Source: Styela clava (Eukaryota). From it: a stretch of DNA of 64,000 bases. Both the position numbers and the translations under genes were made by a program. Positions 18,777 through 33,700 of this stretch are shown piece after piece (position 1 is the stretch's first letter; each line of letters starts with the position of its first letter). Below the pieces are notes generated by a model that saw only the letters and a program-made list of their open reading frames with translations, was not told the DNA's origin and searched no databases. Location of the stretch: positions 9,982,001-10,046,000 of the forward strand of contig NC_135250.1 in NCBI RefSeq assembly GCF_964204865.1. The letters are read 5' to 3'.

Positions 18777-21700
18777 ATGATTGAAAATTCGACTTCTACG
18801 TTCTACAGTAAAGAGATGCTGATTCAACATACTACCGAAGTCTCGCAAAATAAATCTGAACTACCGTCTATTTGCCTCGGAGCACCAAACGCAGTATATA
18901 ACGATACTTTTATGCCAACGGGATATTCCTTTACCGCCGTTGTGGGCCTGTCGGTATTCGTTGGTCTATTCTGCCTTTACGTTCTGCTGGGAAATGTCGC
19001 CGTGGTACTTATTATTCTCCGAGATCGTGTCGTCGGAGGTCAAGCTCAAAACCAGTATCTCGTATCTTTAGCAGTTGCAGACGCTCTCTTGGCAGTACTT
19101 GTAATACCTTTCAGTTTAGTCAATGAATTGTCTGGTATTTGGCCATTTGGTAGAATTTACTGCCAAATTTATTTAGCGGCTGATGTACTTTTTTGCACAG
19201 CCTCTATATGGAATATTTGTGCAATCGGATTGGATCGTTATTGGTCAGTGAAAAGACCAATTGCCAATCGGCGGAAGAGGACAAAAAAAGTGATACGATT
19301 CATTATATTGATGGTAAGGCGTTGTAGTTAATATTTCCTTCGAGAGTTATGATACCCCAAAATTAGTAAAATTATCGTATGTCAAAATCTGAAATGTTAT
19401 TGGAAATATATTACGAAGTGCTTATGATAAATAACACTAAAAAAATAATATTATGGAGCCACAATCAAGGTTTGGAAAAAAATCAAGTAACTTTTGACTG
19501 TTCAAGCGATGTTTTTTGAATAGAATTGAACCCAAAATCGAATAGATGTGGAAGAATAAAGGGGCAGTTGGGCAGCTTTTAGGGGCAAACGCTGACATCC
19601 ATATTTAGGTCTTTCTTGTGGTCCCGATTCGTCATGAACAATTGAAATAGGGATGGATATACAATCCCTATTTTTTCAATTGCTTGTTTTGCAGAGAGAA
19701 ATTGGGTTGCCACCCAAGGTATGCTTCCATTTCGTACAATTGCATATATTGATGTCAATCAAATATTTATATCATTGCTTCTCTAACTTGGCCCTCGCCT
19801 ACACCGAGGGGGCACATAGCGTTCTTTAGGGGCCACAATCAAAGTGTTTAGAAGCGGCCCTCGGATCATGAAAGTTTGAGAACCACTGATATAAATCATG
19901 GAAAAATTTCTACTTTCGAGTATAAATTCATGTAAGTGAGCCTGTTTGCGTAACTTTAAATAATAAAAGCTCACTTTTACAAAACAGCATATGCGATATA
20001 AATTATCGAGGTTTTGCGTCTTTTAGCTTTACCAACGCATTTGTCAATTTCTTTGTAATGAACGTAGTGTAAAACAGTTTCAAAGCACTCGAAGCTGTCA
20101 TGTATATTTAAACAAATGATGTTGTTTATTATCTCACTCCATTTCTCGACCAAAAACAGAAGACTGTTTATTATTAACATAGATAGATGAAGCATATTTG
20201 GAATTGTTAAATATAGGGATAATATTAGTCTGACGAAATCAACCTTGAAACAGTAATTTCTAGTTAAAACTTCACACTTCCGGCCCCATTTTTTTCATTT
20301 AGACCTCATCAAGTTTGTATTGGGACATGTAGATAATATATTTCATTTAGCATGGGTGTTTAATGTATCTAAAAATGACGACATATATAGAGACATCTAC
20401 CTGAATGATAATTTGAACAGGCGTAATATAATTAGTTCCCTTCAATATAATTCCCTCTAATTTTTGTTCTCGCTTTCGACAGCTACCCTAAAATCACATG
20501 CTTGTCTGTAGGACATCCCAATAGGAATTGATGAGAGGAAAGGCTGTTGGGAACTACACATCTTTTACTTTCCTATGACTGTCTATATTGTTTTCAATAA
20601 CATTGATAATGATGCATGATGGAATAAATTCTAATATAGTTTTCCTATTTATTTATATATTGATCGTTCCAATTTTGCATACGGTATGGGAATAATCGGC
20701 CGTAATATTATCGCATGGTGCAATAGATAAATGAAAAAGGGAGGCCAAATTGATCGTGCCTAAATTCTAATATGTAGCTACTAAACCACACCGTTATTCA
20801 CAATCATGGCTCGGTGGCCCTGTCATGAGAATATTAGATTTAACTATGATGCAATCGCACGTTAAATTCCGTGCCGATCATCTCACGAAACTAATTGTCA
20901 AAATTCATCACTCTAGTATATGCAAATAATATCTATGTTCAGTACATCCACCCAAGTAATTGATTTAAAAACGAAAATATTTAAAATCATATCATTTATA
21001 GATTCAGTTGAACTAATAATAGAAATGGTAGCCAAATAAATAAATAAATCGAAACGTGGTCTCGATTCATGTGGTCAGAATTAATTCCATTCTCGGCAAT
21101 CAACATTTTGCATAATTCACATTTTAGCTCGTTTATTGATTATGATTATAATATTATCTTATTCTTGAAGAGGTTAACAGCATATTACCTCTAATGAGAG
21201 TCATTTATCCATTGCATAATGTCGATTATACCATCTACTGACATTTTTTTAATATTGGCATTACCACTAATTTGTCAAATAATCGATTCAATTTTTTCCC
21301 TTCTTCCTATTTTAATTTGTATTTACGTAAAACGAATTGATTAAATGGTTGTAGGAAGGAGCTATCACCCTATGTATGTTATATATGTGCTATATAATCG
21401 CACATGATTTATAATAATTAATGATCGATTTACCAATAAAATGCCGGTCACTGTTATTTGACTATTTGATTCGATTGATCCAGAATGTTTTATTTGATTC
21501 TTGTTTGATTCTGGCTATTCCCACACGCAAAAAAATTGCATGTTTGTATGGACGTTTCTCCGACCCTTGACCCCAGAAAAATTGTTTACTTTTGTTGGTT
21601 GGTCATTGTTACAGAAATAAACAAGGAAAACTAGGCTCGAGGAAACATCCATACATACATAAGTTGCAATGATACCTATCTAATTTACTAGCAATCTAGA

Positions 21701-24700
21701 TATTGATTGAATTTAACAAAATATGCCCAAAACAGATTTTCGAATCCTGTTAGCTATATTGGCTCAGCTTATTCTCGAATTTCCTTGACGTCACTGATCG
21801 TTACATATTATTCTACGATTTGCCATTTTGCACCCAATTTAAGGATTATAGGTCGGGAGGTCGCTTGTACGAGAAATTTATACTTGAGTATTTTAACCAA
21901 AAAAAAATCTCAACGTGATATGCGGAATATCGTATAGCAAAATAAAAGACACAACTTGGGATAATTTGGTTTGCGTTGAATATAGTGAGGAATCTGACCA
22001 GAGCACATTCTTACAACTGATAAAAGATTTTTATTGACATTTGAAAAACAAGTTGGACAGCAAAACACGGATTGCAACGTCAAGTGCGGTCCGTGCTCAG
22101 ATTGTACAGGGTGACCCCCCAAAAAAACAGAAACCAGGTTATTTGTAACATATTATAGAGTGAACATAATTAGGCGTTCTAGATTACTGAAACTTTTTGG
22201 GTGCAATCATACACAAACAGAAGTTCACGTGCGTATAAGTGAAAAATTAATGTATGACATTCGGTGAACACATTTTTTAATTCTTGCTTTACTCGTATAG
22301 TGAAACTGTTTGTAATACCAGAACGGATTTTGCGGAACGTAAACAAAAGTCACAAAGCGTTATAAACATTAATAATAAGTGTCTAGCAAAAGGCGGCATG
22401 CCATCCACCTATGTACAGATCTGAAGTCATGGCATCAACTACCCGAGAGTCACAAGGACCACTTGACATTTGAATGTGAAATCATAGATATACTACTCTG
22501 TGCGAAAATACATACGCTGAATGAATAATTAGATTTTCGTTTTTATTCGTTTTCTGTGATTAATTTTGTAGAGCCATATTCAGAGAGAATATCTAATTTT
22601 TGATACGCTGATAAACTTTTATTTCAAAAATTTTATCGTTGAATCTACAATTTTTATTATGGAAATATTCAAAAGCCTTCCATTTCTGAAGACAACTTAT
22701 ATTATCATCTATTCAATCTTGTTCGTCAGATCATCTGTTTCATTGAAATGCGATTCTTCTGTACGCCATGCTTGGCAAATGGATATCGTACTTTCGTTTT
22801 TGGATTGCCACGGTCATTAAATTTAACAATGTTTGGCATGCAGTAATTCGCCACTTGGTCACGCCTTTCACGTTAGCTTGACTGGCGCATGTGCTGTTGT
22901 TGTATACTACTTGAAAGCTTTGCGAAAGACGAACGGCGTATGCCAAAAATCAGAAAATGGTACCGGTAAATCGATATTTTGTGCTTCTAACTTAGGACCA
23001 AATGTTGAGGTTATTCGGAGTCTTTGTTTTATTGTGCTTGAGTTGATTTGATGTCACGAAACAGGATAAAATAAAAAGAAGTCAACGCCTTTTGCCAGTA
23101 CAAATTGATCATTTTCATAATATATTTTTTTTGCCATGATGTAAATGATATTAAAATTTGCGACAACTTCTGTCAGGAATGTCATCATCTACTTCGGACT
23201 GATAAATTGTAATAAACTTAGTAACATTATTTCCAATGTGTTTTTGAATATCATTATTGGTAATGATTTTTAAATATCAGTATTTATTTATACAAACGAA
23301 AAGGTCGCTTATTGAAAAAGTTAGAAATTTAGTATACGTGACAACCACACACTATTCTACAAACTTGATTTGTAGATAGAATATGCTTGATCGTCGCTTT
23401 TCAGTTATAAATCATACCTGGCCAAGGAAGACCAAATAGTATTTTGATTAGACACGAATACACTTAAATATTCACCGTTATGTTCTAAGCAGTTTATTGT
23501 GTTGCTTAATTATGTATATAGCATATTCACCTAAATTATGTCATTAACGTATTAGCTTCTAACGAAGACATACTAGGTTCCTTTAAGTAACAATATACCC
23601 TGATTTAGGATATTTAAAATGTAATTCCATTAATTTTGCAAATGATCCTACAGATTACCTGAATATTTAGGGCAGGGGTCGGCAACCTTTTGTCGCTCGC
23701 GGGCAAAATTAAGGGTTGCAAGTCATTGGCGGGCTACACATATTTTTAAAAAGTTGAAAACCGAACGGATGATAATTTTTATGATAAAAATCAAGCAGTG
23801 ATACATCTCTCGAATATAATATAGATTCATTTCCTCATGGTAGCTCATAAAATTCCATTTGAATATTTTCAGCGCCATTCAACCCATTGCACATAGCATC
23901 AACTTTTCTGCGTTTTGTTGCCATTTGTCTAATTATAATTAAATTATATGCTCATTAAACAAGTAATTGTGAATTATATAATTGCTAGATTATAATATAA
24001 TTTAGTCTAAAGAATATAATCGTCAAAACGGATGTTTTGTCACTATCTTTCAGTGAAGCGGCCGTAGGTTACCGACCCCTGATTTAGGGTGAAAGATTGA
24101 TTTTTAAATAAATATTTAAAAAAGGGAACGTTGTTGTGGGATAGATAGCCAAACAGTTAAAGCTTTGGACCTGAAAAACTACGGCCCGTGGGCCAATTGC
24201 GGCCCGTTGGGTAATTTAATCTAGCCCGCCTGATGCTGCCACAACCAAATTTTGATGTTTTAGCCAAAAAATATCTCAAAGTATGTGTAGAGATTGCGAT
24301 TGAATTTAGTTTTGGCACGAAACTTATCGTTTTCGACTTTTGCTTATGTAACACTGTAAATATTGTTCATAAAATGTAACTTTCATGTCACACTTACATG
24401 GTTCGCCAGTCTAGATGAGCAAAATTTTTGGTGCACCTGAAGTATGTGTACCAGGTTAGGGTTAGGCCATAAGTTTATTCCAATTATAGTCCTATTACGA
24501 TTTCGGGGACTAGCCAAGTGACTCCCGTAGTATCTGTACCTAAAATTATGGTCTAACCCTAACTTGGTACACATACTACGTTCCGGTGTCCGCCATCTTG
24601 GGACGCAATCTTCACGAGTACCAATTTTTTTGCCTCTGGTCCAAAAACCTTGCCCACCCCTTCTTTAAACTCAACTGGGCTGGCACCGCGTGTTAAACAT

Positions 24701-27700
24701 CTCGTGTTGAAATTCCATGCTGACCACCGACGACTCACCCAGAGTCTAATAAATTGAGTAGGCAATTTCAAACAGGAAAGATCCTGGTCTCCTTACATAC
24801 CAGTGACTGTACAGGGCCTTGTTCGGAGAGAAAGAGTCGTATGACAAAAATAATTTTTATTATTCATTTTTATATATGTTGAATCATTTTTATTACAGGT
24901 TTGGTGTCTCTCGTTTCTGATTTCGGTGCCCCCTTTCATATTCGGGTTCAAGCTCATTCCTTCTTCAAACGAACAGTCATGTTTCATCAACGATGCCCAG
25001 TGGTAAGTAGAATTTCATTAAATTATAGTATGTTCACGTCTAAGTACGACTTTGCTTCAAATATATCTTCGTTTCACGCTTGATTTTATATTAAATTTTC
25101 GAATTGAATATCGATTTTTCGAATAGTAAACACTAATGTCAACGGAACATCGAAATATCTCAATTAAGTCAGATAATTAACGGTTGATGATAAAACATAC
25201 AAAACATCTTAAATTCTTATAAATTAATTTTGAAATACTCTTGCGGTTTGCTTCTCATTAGAAAATAGATTACACATGAAAACATATCTTAATGACATAC
25301 GTACTTATTAGAATGATTAAATTAAAATTTGCGATGAAAGGGTTTTTGAATTTGTGTTTAAACAGATGCTAACGATCTTCAAAACGTATTTGTAATACTG
25401 TAAGAAATACACAGAAATATGACTATGGTTTCTGCAGTTATAGAATACTTGTTATCTAGCATAATGTACCACAGTTGTAATACTGTGAAAAATACACAGC
25501 AATGTGACATTGGTTTCTACAGTTATTTTGGGGAAATTTTTTTTATTATGATGATCATAGTTGTAAGTCGTATGGGTTTTAGAGACGATACGATATTAAA
25601 CATTGAAATTTTTGCTTCAATACATAATTTTAAGCCACCAAACTAGATTAACATATCACACTCACAGTCGAAGAATATAAACGATAGTAGTTGATTAATG
25701 GAGTTAATTTAGAATTTGAGTATATTTCAAATCTTAATACAAACACGACTTAAAATTGTAGGTAGAGTTGTTCAAAACTTTTAACTATACTGATATAGCT
25801 CCGTCCGTAACGTTGTCGTCTATGGTTGTGATAATGGCTTCATCGAATTGGTAGGACGAGGTTTTTGTCAGTTCGTTGAATGGAAACTTTGTAACAATGT
25901 GCTACTAGTAGTGACTGCTTGTACATAGCCTTGATTGGAGTGAAATGATGACATATCAACGTTTATAATAAAGCAAGGTTTTTAGCATTGACCTTATAGA
26001 AGTCAATTTTGCTTTCGACGTGTGTGTAAAATATAACAAAACAACATTACCGCAATTTTCTAGAAAACTCCTCCGCACTCTCGCATTGGAGTAATCAATC
26101 GGTTTTTGCAGAGGTTTTTAAACTTTTTGCACTTTTTATCCTTTTAGCAAAACTGGTCACTAGATTTACCCCCAATGTACTTAATGGTGATTATTTATTG
26201 AAATTTAAAATTAGCAGATTACTTCATTATATTCATTTAATGTGACGGCCGCATTTGCTTATTGGCAACCGGCTGTTTAATGTCTGGTGAACTAGCAGAT
26301 AATGCTCGGAGAATATCAGATTCAACGTCAAGTCAGATTCGTGCTTTAGATTTGATGTTTTATTGTTTTTACTTTGGATCAATTTACCACTGAAAACAAA
26401 AAATTACTCCCTGGGGTTAATTTAACCCAGGCTAAAAGTTGAGTATGGTTTTTTGAGTATGATCGTATTTCATACTCTCAATTTAAAGTCGTGCAAATAA
26501 AAGTTTTGTTGTTAGTTCAGTCACACAACGTTAATTTTAAATAAAAAGGTAAACGATATAGAAAGGATACTGACTTAATCTTCATGTTCTATATCTATAC
26601 GTTGTTTAGAGTAAAGTTATTTTCTCTCAAGAATCTGACAACGTTTTTACGGCTCATTTCCGATTTTTTTCCGACGAAATTACTTATTTTCTATTTCGTC
26701 CAACTCGTGACATAGAAACGGTAAATTCGAAATGTTGGCGCCCATGGAAGATTAAACCGTTTATGTCTATCGTCAACTTTAAATTTGAATAGTCATAACT
26801 TATAAATAATATTTGATAAAAAATAAAAATTGTTTGTAAATGCCTCCGGAATAAAATTGAGACGTTTTGTACGTACATTATTCCGCTGTTTCGTGATCAT
26901 TGAAGGCACGCACTTCACGCACGATCGAAAAGTTATGTTCCAGCGTTACGATAGATTTGTGAAACAGAATTATAATAATATACCCGGAGCACCTCTTTTA
27001 TTTAAGTACATGGAAAATAGTTTTTTTTTGCTAAAAAAAATACGGTTGCCATCGATTAGGATACTTGAAAACTTTCTGATTTCATTTTTATGAATGTTTT
27101 TTATGGAGTGCCTCTTTCACACCATTCGCTCCGAACAGAGCCATGCACAAGCATTTACTGATATGAGAAGACCCACTATTTTTGAAAGGATGGAAATCTC
27201 TTCGTTTTGGCTTTTCAGAAGCAACTTATTGCAATAATGCCAACACCTTCAAGTCAAACGATTTTATCGCCAGACCCGACGTTTACAATGTGAATTTGCC
27301 CTACCTCAACTCCATTGTAATTATAGCCATTTAATTACAGTATATACCAAATGACATTCATTTTAGGACTCCGGAGATTTCGTATCCATATTATATTAGG
27401 GTACTCAATAATGCTGTCTTGAATGTAATATCGATTTTCAATATTTTGAGGTCTCTTTGGTGACTAATTCGTGATACATGCTAACTTTATTTCAACAAAA
27501 ATGACACAAGTCATATTTTTCTCCAATACTGGAAATTCCCAATATATCCGATATAATATTAATTTCGATATCTGAGTCAATGTATATGCATCACCAAAGC
27601 CTTCTTTATAGCGAAATTGCGAACATCCATCCCATTATAAATTTGACGTTATATTCTGCACATTTGCCTGGGACAAAGCTCTACACAAGACTGTAAAAGA

Positions 27701-30700
27701 GCAAGGAATCATTTGAAAATTTAATGCATCTCCTCGTGTGTAAATTACTGCTTCTCTTGAGACCTTGTTTTTACCTAAAGTGGGGACATCGGATTATAAA
27801 GTCAACGAATTTTTTTATGTTTTACAATTTATTGAACAAAGTTATTTACAAGCCGCCAGTTTAACATGCGGTTTTCGGGATTCATATTTCAGTTGTAATC
27901 TTTCGCTAATTCGCCGCAGTGACTCAGGTAAACGCGAAATTTCTATCAACAACAAGCTTTACAAATGAAAGAAAAATCAATAAAATTCCGTTTAAACACA
28001 AGTAACCTGCCATCTTTTATCACAAGTATTGATTAAAAAGCTACGCCATCGATTTCGCGGCATTGAAAGACAAAAAATTCTGGTCTTTCATCTAAAATTC
28101 TTTTGTTATATTTCGAAAGGCTATTGTTGTCATTATATCTGGACATTAGATGAAAAATCTTGTTTTTTTAGAACCATGTTGTGGACGTTACGCTCGAATT
28201 GTAAACTGATAGGCCAATTTAGGGATTATATTTATGCTAAAGACTTTGTGAATCGATTATTAAAAATCAATTTATAATAATATTTGGGTGACATTGTTCA
28301 TATTCAAATCCTAAACGTTGTTCTGGACCAGGGCCGCGGATTTCGGAGAATATCTACATTTCATTCTTGACTCCCATCAATTCATAAACCGATTTCCAAC
28401 TCCGACTGGACAGAAATTTCGGACTCGGACTCCGGGTTTTAATCAAATTTTGACTCCAGTTCCACCAACACTTGTAATCTAAAACAGGACTCCGATTCTG
28501 AAAGAAATGAAAAAAAAATTATTTATCACTTGAACCCTTGGACTTCTATTTGTGTATGACTGTACCCAAAAGTTTGAGTAGTAGGAAGATTTGCACAAAA
28601 GTTATGTTCTCTCTCCTGTCCATGTTCCAAATGACCTAGGTTCTGTTGTTTTTTGGTCACTCAGCATTGGAATGTCTTATTTAATATACCGGCTGGGTTA
28701 ATGACTTGATATTGAACAATTTTCGATCTTCGGCTTGTGTTATCGACTTTTAACAGGATTTAAATAGGCCGAGTTGGGTCTTTTGTTATTAACATTTTAT
28801 ACGAATAATAATATAACTTGAATGATATATTCTATTTGCACTTTTCAGTGTTAATAATTGTCTCAGTATTGAACAGACTTTTGTCAAATAGTACGCACAC
28901 GAAATAAACAATAAAACTCAAATGCCACAACATATGTTACAGGAAATGTGGCAGAAAAATAAATTTACTTTGCAACGAGAGGCGGGAATCGGTGAGGGCG
29001 TGTCATTTAACTGAACCATTATTGTGTGTGTTTTAACGCATTACCAATCATGATCAAGAAGTAAAGGGGGTAGATACAGAATTTTATGTTTGGCCACTGC
29101 CCAGCCAATGGTAACATTTAGATAATCTATTTTTAAATTGGCATGCAACATTTTTCGTTTTTCTTCAGATTTTAATGTCGAATTTCGCCCTTCGTGACCA
29201 CAATTTCTTATTAACTTTTCGATCGATAATAACAAAATTATGAATCCGTCGCTTTCTAGAATTCTAGAGAGCGGTCAAATTGGGTGTACAACGATGGCGG
29301 CAGTAGATTTAGTTACCTTAGAAGTGGAATTTGGAATTCCATTTGACTACTTAGAACTGGTTTAAATAGGCCTAGCGGGCTATGCTCAAAACCTTTTATG
29401 GTAGTTTCGTGATCACACACTTTAAAAATCATATTAAGATAACTAAAGTCCAGTCCTATTTGACCAGCCGTGCCCATTGGCAACAATGGTAATGGAAGAT
29501 GTATTTTCACTTCATCAATTTTTGAGTCTTAGATCGCTTTTTGTGGCCATATCTCAGTTGGTGACATATGGCACTCGGTTGGACTAAGAGTAAAAAGCAC
29601 TATAGGCGGATAGTGCAACTTAATGATAAAAACGCATTGGGATTATTTTATATTTTAAGGGGAAATCCCTGGGGGCTGTAAAACAAGATTAAAATTTAGA
29701 GTTTAAATTATCTCGATAGCTTGGTTATGAATAAAAATTGGCAGAATGTCTTCGGCGATTAAAGATTACTCAATTCAAGTAGGTAGGTGTAACTTATTAA
29801 AATAGTGTACTGTGACAATATAGTTTGGAATAAAAAAAAATTTGAGCGTAGATTTTATCAAAATAATTACAAGAGACAATGCCCAAAAATATGAACTCGA
29901 CGGTCAAATGTCAAATGAAAATATTCCCACACGTCTTTTAAAAGTGTTCCCATGAATTAAAATAAAACATCGAATTTGGGGGGAAATATCGGACACAGAG
30001 TACTCAGGAAAATAAACATCTTTAAGTACTGGAAATTTGATATCCATTAGTTGGGAAGTTGGGTTATTTTTCTCAACAACAATTAGAAAAATGATTCACA
30101 TGTACCTTTCGTTTCCAATAATAAAAAAAAAAATAACGATTTCAACTTGCCTCTTCAACAAAGCTATAATTTGTAAATACTATCGTTGGGTGTTCTGTTT
30201 TGGACTGAGTGGTAAAATTTCTATAGATTGACCATTTTCTCGTTACGACTATGGATCTCCAAGCTTTATATAATCCTTCTTGATTAAAATGCAATACCAT
30301 AAAATATGCAGGCATAATACGCAAAATTCATCGGCCCTTATCTACTTATCGGCATTTCTCCATATCTGGCAAATGAAGATATGAGTGTAAATAAGCCCTC
30401 CGTCACGATTAGTGTGGGGGTAAATTAACGCAATTAACGCGAGATGACATCTACTTCAATGTTAAAAATTCATATTTATAAGCATTGGGTACAGATTAAG
30501 TGGCCCGTTTCGCGCCATAATGATTGAAACAAATGGCGTAATTGACAAGCGCGTCCGGTACAAACGGGTTTGTGTATACCATAATTAAAATATGTGTATT
30601 ACTAATAGATAGGAGGACGTAACACAGTTATCTGTACAGGTCAAAATGTCTCGTGCGAGAAAGACTAATGCGCAAACCACCAATTTTGCATCCATTTTCC

Positions 30701-33700
30701 ATCCATCTTACTCCATTTTCCTGGAGGTTCATATCTATCTTAACCTAGAACATATCATGAGATCAAATTTACCTAAACAATATACTTCAAATCGGCTGTT
30801 TGACAACTAGTAACATTGTCACCGCTGCTGCGATTTTGAATGTTTGCCACACGCTTAACTGTACGGTACTGAATCAGTAACTGATGTTTCCGATGACGAA
30901 TGACAAGGCTAATGATGCAGATCATTTCGCATCATAATTTTCAAAATAAAATTATTGTTTCATACAGTCTTTTGAGGTAGTAAAATTACATCGGATTCGA
31001 TAAATTTGAGGATAATCGAGATGACTATATATATGGTAATACGCCAAAATGTGTAGGACCACAGTATAGCCTACATGGTAAAGTACCAGTCCTAAACACC
31101 GCAGCTGTCATCACTGTCATCTTAAGGGACCTTTACCCCAAGCTCTTACAAAAGTGTTCACAATGTTTCCTAAATGAAAACCAATACACACTAGTGTGAT
31201 TAATACTTTTTAATTAGGAATTCGATTCGACTAAATGTCTTAATAGTGGGAACTACAAAACATATGCGTTTATCGGAATGCCATTTAGTATGGAAAGCTT
31301 TTAGTATTTGTCATCGCATGGCATGGAATTTTTAAAACTGTTAAAAATTGTTAGTAATCGAAAAGTGGATTACTGTATTTTATTCTACTAAAATTACTGT
31401 ATATTTATGTAAAATTTAAAAATTAAATCTTTTTCAGAGTGAATTTCTCTATAAATTCATTGATAAATTTATTGGTCATTGATTAATAACATTCTTGAGT
31501 GCATGCAGCATTGATATACGACTGTAAGAACGGCTTTATTGTTTTTAATTTCAATGAATATATATAAAACGACTTGCGGCTTCTCTGATAGAATACTTCC
31601 ATTTAATATGAATTTTAATACCGGTCTCCAGAGATATACCGGCACTATAACTATGTATAGGCTCCTTCATGCCACTCATCATTCCCGAATAATGGCACTT
31701 TGCTGATTGACTCTAATCCTTCAGCAGGTTATACTTTTAGATATGGAATACCTCGATTTTTAGTGCTGGAGTTGTACAAGTAGTATTATGACGCCATTCA
31801 ATCAATGACGTCATTTTACATGAAACATCGATTTATAGAAATTGGATATTATGTTTTTAAAAAAAAAATTCTAAACTAAAATTTTTCTAAAACTATTCGC
31901 TTTTTTGACCAAAACAATATACGTACTGCATTTTTCTCTTTTTATAAATAGAGTGACTTGGTCAGTAAGTGGTCAAATAATCCGTATGACATTTTTATCC
32001 AATCTGAATGGCGCCATCATAGTCCATTTTGGTGATATCATCGCATTTTTTGTCATCATTGCGAGGTCAAGACACCAATAACACGATGTCTTTCTAGTAA
32101 CATGCAATCCCTAAGCGTCAGATCAAAGGTTCTTTAAACCCATGGATCTGAAAATGGATTCATTAGCGTAATGCGGGTTTTTAGTGGCATCAATGCGGTA
32201 TTGTACTGTGATATAAATTTGCTCAATGTAGGGGCATTTTATAGTAATTAAATTGAGTTAGTTTTGCAGAGACCATGATAGATCAAGGTGAAGTTAAAAA
32301 ATAGATGTTAGATTTTGACATATTTGCGTTGTATGAGTTTTATATTGCCAGTTCATTCCAAATGTAGCTTAACCTCCTCATATTGGTAACATTTTTCGTG
32401 CATTTCGAGGTTGAAATAACATGACTATCTCCGATCTTATCATAACTAACTTATCTGTTGCTGAATGTCTAAGGTTTCGAGATCTGCCATGCGAAATCCT
32501 CAACCTTGAAGTGATTTGCGACTTCTTTGAAAGTGAATTTGAAACATGACAAACTCCGACTCCGAAAAAAATTTTGGGCGAAGCATCAGTTTGATTATGT
32601 GTCTCAGTTCATATGGTATTTTTAGTATTGTTTATTGTATATATTACATATTACTTACGAGCACAATGCTTCAAATCGAGTGTCGCGCAAAAGTGACTTT
32701 TCTGAGATAACTTTTGAAGACGATGCGGGGCGCATGGTCGGCGTTAGGCCAAGGCAACTTATACAGCCGCAGTGGGACACGCATCCGCATATTCCCCGCG
32801 TTAATTCTCGGTGTAAATTATTTAATTTGGCCCTTATATATCATAATTCTGTACAAGCAAAGCTCGTACCGTAATGGTGATTTTGTACTTAGATAAAATA
32901 TAATGGAAGAAAAAATGGATTTTCCATAGATTTTCCAATAGATTTGTATTTCAAAAATTTAAAATGTGTATTTTCAAATATTACCCTCATCTTTATACCC
33001 TAATCAGTCCCCGCCCATATCCGTTACGCATAGAGTCCAGCATGAGTTAATTAATGATGGCACTGGTGAGGCGAGTCCATCATACAGTCTGGGAATTACG
33101 AATTACTTTGCATTTATTTTCCATTTCCCCCTGCTGTTATATAATAAAATTTGTCAAGTCTTATGGTTAATGCATGGTTAACCACTAAGCATGATGTAAT
33201 TTAGCGGTAAAATACTGATCTCAAATCCGTGAGATTTACTCCGTCATGTCGATTTTCTAAGCCTGTTATATTCCCACTTGGATCTAGTTCTTTGATTATC
33301 TCATAAGATGTACTGTGCCAAAGTTTTGTTTTCGAGCCAGTATGCTTCGCCTAATATAAGTTCCAGGGGTAATGACTGCAATTGTCTGAGGAGAATTGCA
33401 CTTTTGGACAGACTAATGCAATTTTTTTGTTCCATACATCCCGCTTGGGACCAAAACTACGTGTCACGGCATAATTAAAATCCTTTTATGTTCGATTTCA
33501 CACTGGGCACTATAAAGTCTTAATTCTTACTCAACGCGCTAAAATATTGCATGATGCCAAACAAAAACCGTTATCTTACTTATTACGAAACCCCACAAAT
33601 TGTTAGACATGGTAACCAAAAGAAATGAATGCCGATCAGTTTATAATTTCTAAAAATCAGCCATGTTGAAACTGGCAACCAACGTGAATGAAAGCATGCT

